This document shows, piece after piece, positions 25,438 to 37,078 of a stretch of DNA of 64,000 nucleotides. The position numbers were made by a program, and so were the translations under genes. This DNA comes from Octopus vulgaris (Eukaryota): NCBI GenBank assembly GCA_951406725.2, contig OX597818.1, positions 115,568,001 through 115,632,000 on the forward strand, in the 5' to 3' direction. Below the pieces are notes generated by a model. It saw only the letters and a list, made by a program, of their open reading frames with translations, had not been told where the DNA came from and made no database searches. Within the stretch, counting starts at the first letter, position 1. Each line of letters begins with the position of its first letter.

Positions 25438-25750
25438 GTTCTATATTTAAGAGATGAGGAATTAGGTACATTATTTACATTATTTATATTTGAAGGACAC
25501 TTGTCCCCATCTTGTTCGTTGCCAACACATTTCAGCTGATACACCCTCCAGCCCTCATCAGGTGTCCCGGAGAAATCTCAAACCTGGCCTCCCACTCCTA
25601 AGGCACGTTTTTCAATGCTTTTATTATTATTATTATTATTATTCAGATCACTGCCCGGAATCAAACTCAGAATCTTAGGTTTAACCATGGGCATATGGCA
25701 TAGTGGTTAAGAGCACGGGCTACTAACCCCAAGATTCCGAGCCCAATTCC
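25438..25750. mobile_element. Family H inverted pair, T>C (A>G on minus strand) hypermutated
   Basis: Minus arm 25438-~25683 has a degenerate hammerhead at 25524-25566. A plus-strand tRNA head follows at ~25689-25750. Confidence 0.8.
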
Positions 25751-25757
25751 ATATAGG

Positions 25758-25822
25758 AACTGTGAGTGGATTTGGTAGACAGAAACTGAAAGAAGCCCGT
25801 CGTGTATGTATGTATGTATATG

Positions 25823-25895
<73 letters not shown>

Positions 25896-26112
25896 TTGTG
25901 TGTCTGTGTTTGTCCCCCCAGCATCGCTTGACAACTGATGCTGGTGTGTTTACGTCCTCATAACTTAGCAGTTTGGCAAAAAAGACTGATAGAATAAGTA
26001 CTAGGCTTACAAAGAATAAGTCCTGAGGTCGATTTGCTCGACTAAAGGCGACGCTCGAGCATAGCCACAGTCAAATGACTGAAACAAGTAAAAGAGTAAA
26101 AAAAGAGTAAAG
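25758..26112 (+). mobile_element. SINE family A (5'-truncated) with long (TG)n
   Basis: TGTGAGTGGATTTGGTAGAC...(TG)n...GACTGAAACAAGTAAAAGAG. Confidence 0.85.
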
Positions 26113-26175
26113 AGTATGGGCTTTTGGAAAATCCTACATAATGTGTGTGTGTGTGTCTATACATGTATATATATC

Positions 26176-26210
<35 letters not shown>

Positions 26211-26829
26211 GTGTACATATATACATAGACATACATACATTCACACACACATATGTCTAACTGATGCCATCATCATTTAATGGATGTTTGATGATGCCTA
26301 TTGCATGGTAGCTTGTGAAGGATGAACTCTGTTGGTTTGCTATTTTTCTTTGCCACTAATTACTAAAACAAAATAAAAACGAAAACACAATTAATTAAAA
26401 CTGAGACAATTAAAGTCCAGGTAATAATCACAGCTGTTGAAGTATCAACAACTGAACTTGCGAACAATGTGGTCAATTGGATAGCTGCTTGACCTAATAG
26501 CCATCAGTCTTATTTTCAAGTGATACGGCTGTTCTTCACTTAATAGGGTTAACCATTTCAAGTAGAGAGAGATCAGCCGATCTTAAACATATTTGAACTG
26601 TCACATATGACAGGTTTATAGACACCTGAAGGCTAGTTCAGATGATCACTTATATGGAAGAATCTCAACCATTTTTGGTCATTTCAGCTTGTGTCATTGA
26701 AGACAAGATTAATAACAAAAGATGAAAGACTACAAAGGCAGTAAAGGAGACAACATTAATGGGTACTACAAGCAGACATAAACTTGAAGAGAAAGAAGAA
26801 AATATTTGATTGAATATTTTTAGTTATGA

Positions 26830-27225
26830 CTAGCAGTATCGCCCGGCGTTGCTCGGGTTTGTAAGGGAAATAACTATATAAGCATTTTTAGAGATGTAAA
26901 GTATAATAGCCATCTCAATATGGCTAACCACAAAAGGGGGGGTGTTACTGTAGCTTTTTACGTTCTGAGATTTAATAATACATTTTTAGAGAGTTACTTC
27001 CCTTATATATGCCAAAAATGCATTAAAAAATGGGAAAAATTGATGGTAAATTTTTTTTTAAATCGTAGACTCATCATAGACGCGCTAATACCCAGAAGGG
27101 CTCGATATGAATCACGACTATAAGATACCCGGTTTTGGTTAAACTGCACCGCAAAATGTGGGAGTAGTTAGGAATCTAAATCGTAGGAGACAGACAGCAC
27201 ACAACCTCTCTTTTATATATAAAGA
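26830..27225 (-). mobile_element. Non-autonomous Helitron
   Basis: On the minus strand it starts TC(TTTATATATAAAAG) and ends with the hairpin CCCGAGCAACGCCGGG (26842-26857) followed by CTAG. It sits between A and T with no TSD, and CpGs are retained. Confidence 0.85.
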
Positions 27226-28562
27226 TTACAAAGACTAAATTAAAACTAACCTTATTCTTTATGCAACAGTCATTAGTCTCCCTATTATTGGAGATTAGTC
27301 GTTTACTCAACAATGTAATGACAACAATATTGAAAATAAGATTCTACATACATGTTATCAAAATATACTCCAGGGACTATTCAGATAGCTTTCTAAAAGT
27401 AAAAGGTAGTTTCTGTTACTAAGGTGACCTAATTAGTACTGGAAGTGACTTCAGTGAAAGTATAATAACTAGACTAATAAAATGATTTAAGAAGTTCAAG
27501 ATGTTACTCCTGTTGGCAACAGAGGGCCTCTATCTGCACAAAAGGTAGAAACAAAGGTCGTATGTGTGATAAGTGTCATACTAGGCAATGACGAAGCATA
27601 AACCTAAAAATGAAAGAGAATTTTAATCAGCTGGAGAGAAATTCACTGAATATTGATTTGATGTGACTTTATCAGCAAAGGAAAGGCTGTGAACTTGGGA
27701 CATTTTCAGTGCCTTTGACAAATATGGGAGGAAGAAAGGAAGTTACCCCCATGACTGGAGAACTGAGCTAAATGCATACATCAACATAAACTGCTGAGGC
27801 CAAGTGAGGGTTTTAAACTAGGTTCTGGATTAACACTTTAGCATTCAGATTATTCTGTTAAAAGTAATGCTTATTTATTCATATTATTTTGAATTGATCA
27901 TGGATTATCTTGTAGTATCTGGTTGGTCTGAACATTAAAAACAGGTAGAATATTTGGGCCAGTCACGGCTGGCTTAAATGCTAAAGGGTTAAGTCAAACA
28001 ACCTTTCACACCGTGTCCATTGACCAACTTCACTCAGAAAGTTGATACAAGGCTGGATGACACTTGCCAGAAGTAATATACAGTGGCATTAAACCTAAAA
28101 CCACATAGTTGCAAAGCAAATTCAACCATATTTCGTTTTGGGATTTGGTTTGCAAGATTCTGGTGTGTTTACGTCCCCATCACTTAGCAGTTTGGCAAGA
28201 GAGACCGATAGAATAAGTACTAGGCTTACAAAGAATAAGTCCTGGGGTTGATTTGCTCAACTAAAGACAGTGAAAAGACTTAAAAAGGTTACAAGATGCA
28301 ACAAAAATTTTAGGAAAATAAAAATAAGAAATAAGTGGAAATTTTACCGGTGAGTGTGTTAAATTATAAGGCACTAAAAGAACTCCCTAGACACAACGGA
28401 AAATTCAACCATGTTAGAAAAAGGAGGGATACATTGAATAATGTGGCGCATGGTAAACTATTTCCTGAAAGGTGAAGAAAACAAATAAGGCAGGATGGCC
28501 AAAGCTGGAAAGTCTTTCATTATATATCTGCTCCATCTGGTTTAAAGAACAACAGCAACAGA

Positions 28563-28760
28563 AGTGGAGGCGCAATGGCCCAGTGGTTAGGGGAGCAGAC
28601 TCGTGGCCATAAGAACGCGGTTTTGATTCCCAGACCAGGCATTGTGAGTGTTTATTGAGTAAAAACACCTGAGCTCCACGAGGCTCCGGCGTGGGGTGGG
28701 GAGGGGGTTTGGATTAACCCCGCTGTACTCTTTCACCACATTACACTCTCACTCTTTCTT
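28563..28760 (+). mobile_element. tRNA(Arg)-like SINE (family R)
   Basis: GTGGAGGCGCAATGGCCCAGTGGTTAGGG..GACTCG..GTTTTGATTCCC head. A longer copy lies at ~61581-61890. Confidence 0.7.
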
Positions 28761-29258
28761 CCTACTTCTGCCACAAAGCAGAGGAACCATGGTGTAACCC
28801 ACTATGGTGTGGTAAACTTTCAGACCCTAGTGTAGATTGCGAATCCTCTGTACCCCAGGATGGTTCTACTCTCCATCCATTAAAAGCCACTGTTTACGGA
28901 ACGAGAATAATAACATAGCTTGTGGGGCTAATGGTGTGAGTCCTGATTGGAAGAAGAAGAGGAAGAAGAAGACAACAACAGCAACAACAACATTACTGAA
29001 TTGAAAAGCAAGCGAACACCATGTAAACAACTACTACTACTGCTGCTGCTACTACTACAACTTTACACTGCAGCAAAATCCTAAAGCCCTATTCCAAATC
29101 AATGATTAAACTTTTAAGTTACCAGCCAATCATCAACGCAATCATAATCATTTCATGTAACACCTATGATCCAATGATGATAGAAGATAACAGCAGCTAC
29201 TACTACTACTACTACTGCTATTACTACCACTACAACCACCAAATCAATTGTTGCCTCA

Positions 29259-29291
29259 CAGCTGTTACCATGGTAACACATCTTGTTTATC
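29259..29291. promoter_or_regulatory. Candidate enhancer motifs: perfect RFX X-box with overlapping E-box and Forkhead-like site
   Basis: GTTACCATGGTAAC at 29264-29277 (16-bp palindrome 29263-29278), CAGCTG at 29259-29264 and TGTTTAT just downstream, all in non-TE sequence. Confidence 0.35.
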
Positions 29292-29573
29292 TGTATTTAA
29301 CGAACTGACTCTCAAATGTCAGTTAATACACCCACAGCCACATTAAAGAACAAAAGCTGCTAAACATGCAATACACACACACACACACACGCACATGCAA
29401 CACACCTGTTAAATAGATACGATGGGAGAATGAGTGGGGGAGGGAAGTCACACCTGTCATTAAGAATTGATGGCTTGTCAGTCATTGTAACAGGAGTTCA
29501 AAACAGAAAATGTAATTCAAATAGATCCTGAGCCCCAGGGGAACTTTTAAGGACTAATATTGACATTTCACAC

Positions 29574-29622
<49 letters not shown>

Positions 29623-30870
29623 AGCGTGCAACACACATACACACACGTGGCGGGGGTGGGGTGGGGGGATTGATTGCATAGCATGAAGCAGATGAGAAAG
29701 AAATCTTCCACTGAACAGGATGGCAGTTTATCATTAGATAACATTCCCCCAATGATCTGATGGAAGTATGACTGACTGCTGAGGTGTAGAATAAAGCAGT
29801 CTCCCAAGAGAAGAAGGTAAATAAAAAGCATTCATCTGAGACTAAACAACATCAACGAGATGTAAAAAAGAAGCTGAGAAAGTAGTCTCTACATGGTCAC
29901 TAGATCTGCTAGAAATAGCAGCTAAATCTCCCTCAAATCAGATTATGCGTTACACCATCTTATATAAAGAGAGGACACATTGGTTAATATAGCCGTAGAT
30001 ATACATTAAATAATATAACCCAAGATACACTTTGGAGCGTATTTGGAAAGTCTGCCGAAAAAATTTTTGCTACAGGAAAATTCGCTTCAGGATTTTGGGC
30101 CATAGGAAAGTTCACCACAAGACAATTTCACAGAAAAAAAATAATGAATTGTTCCCTTGGTATAGAATTTTTCCAACCAACCTATCTATTAGATTACTAG
30201 AATCAAACGGTAGTAAACAATGTTCAGCAAAAGAGACCGATAGAATAAGTCCTAGGCTTACAAAGAATAAGTCCTGGGGTCGATTTGTTCGACTAAAGGC
30301 GGTGCTCCAGTATGGCTGCAGTCCAATGACTGAAACAAGTAAAGGAATAAAAGAACAAAAGAAATGATTAATAAAACACAACAACTAAACATAAATTCTT
30401 CCGACTCGACTTTCTACTTGAAATCCTGTCACGGTTGATTTTGCCTTTCATTCCTCTAGGGGTCAATAAAGGCAAAGTACCAGTCAAGTACTGGGGTCAT
30501 CTGCAGAAACTAACCTTAAACTGCTAACCTTTTGCCTGTATTAGAAACAATTGTTGTATCAGGATTCTGCTGATATTACAAAAAAAAAATCATTATCTTA
30601 ACAATATGTTTAAAGACATCTAACGAAGGCACTTTTATTGTTTAAATTATCATATATTCGAATTAATTTGCTTAAATTCTTCAATTACCATTGTTGTGTC
30701 GTGGCCCAGTTGCATGTTCAGGTAACATTAATCAATACAGCAAGGAAGTCAGATCAATAAATGTAAAGTATATGTTAAACTATCAACTTGTCATTGTATT
30801 TATTTTTAACGTTATGTGGTGGGGAAGCAAGAGGCAAGGTGTTTATTTCTTATCATATTTACTCTCTCTT

Positions 30871-30901
<31 letters not shown>

Positions 30902-32033
30902 TTCACGCTGTCTATTTTTCTTGTCGTCTCATTCTTTCTTGCTCCTTATCAATCTCAAACAAGAGCTCTCTCTCTCTCTCTAGCTTCTCTCAGCAACTCA
31001 CATTTTTTCCTTCACCACTTCTCACCTTTGTTTTTTTCCCCCACTTTCTTTCTCTCCTTCTCTCTCTCTCTCTCTCTCTACCTATCTTTCTAACTGTCTA
31101 TTTCTTTCAATAGCTCTCATTCTTTCTCTCTCCCTAACAATTTCTAACAAGCTCTTTTCTTATCTCCCCATTTCTTCTCCTTCGTTCTCTCTCTCTCTCT
31201 TTCTCCAGCTTCTTCCCCCACCAGCTCACACATTTTCTCTTTCACTACTTCTCTCTCCCCCTACACACACACACACACACACACCATCTCTTCCATTCAT
31301 TTCTCTCATTCTTTTTCTTGCCTTCTCATCAATTTTCTTCCTCTTCCATTCTCTCCAAGCAATATATAAATAAATAAATACACAAACCATAATTTATAAA
31401 CCTTCTCCTCATTCTCCAAACTATTTCATACATTTTTGATCAGCAGACAGATATATCTTTGGTATTTATTTAGTAAGCTCTCGAGAATGAACAGAATAAA
31501 ACTTAGTCTAGCAGAGTTTGGAACTCGGAAGCACAGGATACCAAACTACAGGCCAAAATTACAGGTATATTCACAGTGCTTTGTTTCAAAGCTATATTGT
31601 ACTGAAGAACATAATTTTAATGTCCATTTTCCTATGCTTGCATGGCTCAGATGGAGTTGACTGAAGTGGGTTGTCTACAGCTGGATGCCCTTCCTGTCAC
31701 CAACCCTCATTTGTTTCTAAGCAAGGTAATATTTCCCCAAGGTCAGACATGTTTTTACAGAATATTAGAAATGAATCGCGTCCATTTACCATATCATGTG
31801 AAGTCAAGAAAAGACACAAACATACACACACACACTAACACATGCACACACACACATATATATATACAAACCTGTGTATATCTGTGTGTGTATGTGTGTG
31901 TGTGTGCACATATATATATAATTCAAAGAGAGTTAGAGGTTGTGAATGCAACCAACTAAGGGATAATATCTATCCAATATACTGCTGGTAGAATACCCAA
32001 TTATTAATACACAAGTGTTGGTTATTGTGTGGC

Positions 32034-32316
32034 AATTACCCTACTGAGTATAATAATTAGGTGAGGGTAATAAGTGGTTTTACCCTTAATTTATATGGCA
32101 AGAAGAAAATGGAGGGAATCCAGAGGTAGTATTCTTCAACTGTTAGACATTGTATTATGTCTGTTTATTTTAAACAGTTCAGATAATATATAAATACATG
32201 TGTAAAGTACCAGTAATTACTTACTTCTGGATTCTCTCCATTTTCTTCTTGCCATATAAATTAAGGGTAAAACCACTTATTACCCTCGCCTAATTATTAT
32301 ACTCAGTAAGGTAATT
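32034..32316. repeat. Near-perfect inverted repeat, ~95-bp arms
   Basis: AATTACCCTACTGAGTATAATAATTAGG...GAATCCAGAGGTA (32034-32128) is the reverse complement of 32222-32316, with a few transitions. Confidence 0.9.
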
Positions 32317-34346
32317 ACATATAAAATATATATATTTGACTTCTCCTGTGCAAAATCAAAACCATGCCAAAAACTGACCTCACCTGTGCAGGTGCCACTT
32401 AAAAAGCACTCAGCCCACTCTGCAGAGTAGTTGGTATTAGGAATGGCATCCAAACGTAAAGACCCTGCCAAAACAGACACAGAAGTATGGTGCAGGCTTT
32501 CACCTGACCAGCTCCTGTTAAACTGTCCCTCCCATGCTAGCATGGAAGGGGGACATTAAATGATGATGATATATATAACAAGCTTCTTTTGGTTTCCATC
32601 AACTCACTCCACTCACAAGGCTTTGGTCAGCCTAGGGTTATAATAAAAGACACTTGCCCAAGTGGAACTGAAGTGGAACTGAACCTGAAACTAAATGGTT
32701 AGGTGACAAGCTTCTGAACCACTCATTCATGCTTGGATATCTATAGATGCAGCATGAAGTTTTGTCAGTGAACAGGTCGCGGTCTCAAAGCGAAGGAAAT
32801 ATTTTGGCAAATGAAATTTAAACGTTGAAGTGAATCTAACGGTTTTTGTGTGTTTCTTAAATGGCTTATAAACACCTTCCACGCTGCAACTGTTTTCGTT
32901 CCAACACACGATCTCAGATCAGGTCACTTGCTATGCAAGTACATCTCCATAATATATATTTATATAAGATATGGGGAGAATTCACCAAAAAAAAAAAAAC
33001 AAAAGACAAAGACAGGTGTATCAGTTTAACACTTGGGGAAGTGAAAAAGTCTTTAACGTTTGGAGTATCTCTATAAAAACAAGATGATAACACCTGTCTA
33101 TTTACAGGCAATTTTGGCTAAAATCTGTCGGAAAGTTCTGTTTGTACAGTATAGCATGATATTCCACAAATCATAAATATCAGTAAGACAACTTAAACAA
33201 TGCACACTTGTAAGCAGTTACATAGTATAATTTGATAAAGGAAAAATTAAGCCACAGCACAGCACTGTCGCCTTTCATTCTGTTACAATTCAAGATGGTG
33301 GCAATAAAATTAGTGTTAATGCTTTTAATTATCTATTTCAAATATAATTATATTGGATTACTAAAATCAGAAGCTTTATAACATATTAGACACCGAGAAG
33401 CAGGCAAGCTGTCTTAATGCTCTTAATCTAATAGATTAAACTAATATATAATTCAAATGTACATAGAAAACAAAACAAAAAAAAAGCCATGACATTCTAA
33501 AACAAAATGTCTCTTAGCACACTAATAAAATTAAATAAAACACTAAAAAAAAAAGTTTTAAAAAAAATAAAAGAAAAGAGGAGACATTTAAATGTTTTTG
33601 CTGTTAAATCTTTTGATTGATTTCTGTGAATTGAAAGATCTTATCAATAGCTGGGCAATCCTGGAAAATTTTATTGTGTCTTTGAAATTGGTAATCTTTT
33701 GAAAACCCGTCATGTTTTATCTCTCACAAACAGATAATTTTTACATTGAAAATATATATAAAGCCACCAATGTTTGTAAAGAATCTCTACAAAAACATAA
33801 AGGTGATTCCATACAACCTGTTCATGACAGCATGTAATTTAGAAGAATGTGACCCACACAAAGCCAATGAAATATCTATTTATTTTTATTGTTTCGTAAC
33901 AGATAAAATTTTATAAGGTGATAAACATCATCGAGATAATGGAAGATAGTTTATCTAAGCACAGGCATGGCTGTGTGGTAAGAGGTTTACTTCCCAACCA
34001 CATGGTTCCAGGTTCAGTCCCATTGCATGGCGTCTGGGCAGGGGTTTTCTACTATAGCTACGGGCTAAACAAAGTTTTTGGTAGACAAAAACTGTAAGCG
34101 TCTTAGTGTGTATGCGTCTTAGAGTCTACGTATGTCCCCCAACACTGCCTGGCAACTGGTGTTGGTTTGTTTACATCCCTGTAACTTAGCAGTCTGGTAA
34201 AAGAGAACGATAGAATAAATACCAGTCTTAGAAAAGAAAGAAAGTAATACTGGGGCTGATTCACTCGACTAAAATTCTTCAAGGCAATGCCCCAGCTTGG
34301 TCACAATGACTGAAACAAGACAAAAGAAGAAAAAAAATTTTTATCA

Positions 34347-34731
34347 GGCGTAGGAGTGGCTGTGTGGTAAGTAGCTTGCTTACGAACCACATGGTTCCAG
34401 GTTCAGTCCCACCGCATGGCACCTTGGGCAAGTGTCTTCTACTATAGCCTCGGGCCAACCAAAGCCTTTTGAGTGGATTTGGTAGATGGAAACTGAAAGA
34501 AGCCCGTCGTATATATGTATGTATATGTGTGTGTGTGTGTGTAATTGTTTGTATGTCTGTGTTTGTCCCCCCAACATCACTTGACAACTGATGCTGGTGT
34601 GTTTACGTCCCCATAACATAGCAGTTCAGCAAACGAGACCAATAGAATAAGTACAAGGCATACAAAGTCGATTTGCTCGACTAAAGGCGGTGCTCCAGCA
34701 TGGCCACAAGTAAAAGTAAAAGAGTAAAGAG
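34347..34731 (+). mobile_element. SINE family A (preceded by an older copy at ~33960-34325)
   Basis: GGCGTAGGAGTGGCTGTGTGGTAAG head and a full body. Confidence 0.9.
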
Positions 34732-35369
34732 TGTTAAACCTGACTGAGATAATAGAGGATTAAAGTGTGATAGTTTATCTATCGATAGTTTCCAATCGTT
34801 TTTCCATCAATCACAGACTTTTTTCTTTTGTTTTTTAAGTATTTGATTTTACTTAGAATACAATCAGAACCTACACCTTCTATCTCCTTTTGTGTTTTTC
34901 TCTTTTGCTAATTCATCTTTCATGTTTCCCATAATAACCATATGAACTGATATCAAAAGCTTTGTGATCTATCTATTATTTTCAAATATAACGTCTATTT
35001 TTAACAGGATACTTTCAACTTGTTTCATTTTAATTTTTTTTTTTTTTAACACAGCCAATTTTTTTTTTTTTTTTCTGATTGAAATAATTTCTGAATTAGA
35101 TAAAATATCAGTAAAAGACCGTCTCCTCCTCCTCCTCACCCCCCCCATCTCCACCTCCATGTTATTTTTGCATCAGAATCTGAAGGTAATCGTGTTGCAA
35201 AATCATGATGTAATTTCAAGCAGACAATTTTAATACAAGCACACACACACACATCATCATCACTGTCATCATCATCGTTTAACGTCTGCTTTCCATGCTG
35301 GCATTGGTTGAACAGTTTGACTGAGGACTAGCAAGCCAGGAGGCTGTACTAGGCTCCAACCTAATCTGA

Positions 35370-35420
35370 CATATATATATATATATACACACACACAAAC
35401 ACATATATATATACACACAC

Positions 35421-35453
<33 letters not shown>

Positions 35454-35458
35454 TATAT

Positions 35459-35497
<39 letters not shown>

Positions 35498-35532
35498 TAT
35501 ATACACACACACACACACACACATATATATAC

Positions 35533-35603
<71 letters not shown>

Positions 35604-35655
35604 ACACAGTATGCCAAATGTATGTGTGTCTAAGTTATATATTCATGATCAATGA

Positions 35656-35702
<47 letters not shown>
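35370..35702. repeat. Compound (TA)n/(CA)n/(TG)n microsatellite
   Basis: Directly visible; source of several spurious C/V/Y/I-rich ORFs. Confidence 0.95.
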
Positions 35703-35704
<2 letters not shown>

Positions 35705-36409
35705 CTTATACATTTATATGTGTGTGTGTACTGTCATCATTTAACATCCATTTTCCTTCCAGTCTATGCCAGCATGGAAAATGGACATATGATGATGATG
35801 CACAAATACACACACATATGCACACATTCTATGTCACTATCATGGAGTGCATGTGCATGTGTGTGTGTGTGTGATCATGAGTTTTACATTAGCTTTTCCA
35901 CCCAGGTATGGATTGGATGAAACCACAGCTGAGGAATTATGAAAGGGTCTCTAAATGGCATCACCCTATGACAGGATGCCCTCCTTGATGTCAATGTTTA
36001 CTTGTCTTCCAATTAAGGTACTCTATCATCATCATCATCGTTTAATGTCCACTTTCCATGCTGAATAAAATACCACACCTAAAATCTGTTTAACAACAGA
36101 CATACATTAAATATGTGACATTGATGTTTACATTATTGAGCTGCTCTGAACTCAGAATTTGAATTTTGCTTTACTTGTATAACACTGTTACATATCAGTA
36201 GATAGATTTTATGTTATCTGTATAAACTTCAGGCAAGCGATTTGAATTTGTTTGAAGAGTGGCTTAAATAGACATCACTCATGAGCTGAAATATCAATAC
36301 TTTTCATTCTCATTCACCTCCTGGGCAATTCATTTCATCTTGCTTTGAAGTATACTGTGTTTTTTAATGTTCTATGTCTTTAAAAGAGACTTTGCCAGGA
36401 TGAAATATT

Positions 36410-37078
36410 CTTTTCTACTCTAGGCACAAGACCTGAAATTTGTGGGGAGGGAGCCAGTCAATTAGATCGACCACAGTACACAACTGACACTTAATTTATC
36501 AACCCCAAAAGGATGGAAGGCAAAATCGACCTCAGTGGAATTTGAACTCAGAATGTAAAGACAGACAAAATACTGCTAAGCATTTCACCCAGTGTGCTAA
36601 TGTTTCTGCCAGCTCGCTGCCTTTGATATTATAAATATTTTTTCCTACTCTAGACACAAGGCCTGAAATTTTTTTGGGGGGAGGGGAGGGCAGTCGATTA
36701 GATCAACCCCAGTACGCAACTGGTACTTAATTTATTAACTCCGAAAGGATGAAAGGCAAAGTCAATCTGTATTTCAAGAGACAGAACTCTCACCTGGAAC
36801 CATTTATTTTGGGAGATGCTTCTTCTACAATGGCCTGTTCAATCTTTTAATTATTAATATTTATTTCTTTATTGCCCACAGGGGGCTAAACAGAGGGGAT
36901 AAACAAGGACAGATAAAGGGATTAAGTCGATTACATCGACTCAAGTGCATAACTGGTACTTGTTTAATCGACCCCAAAAGGATGAAAGGCAAAGTCAACC
37001 TTGGTGGAATTTGAACTCAGAACGTAAAGACAGACGAAATACCAGTGTGCTAACGTTTCTGCCAGCTCGCTGCCTTTC
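36410..37078 (-). mobile_element. Three-unit SINE B composite with 15-bp TSD
   Basis: CCAGGATGAAATATT at 36395-36409 and 37079-37093 flanks three B units plus ~95 bp of captured flank. Confidence 0.75.
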
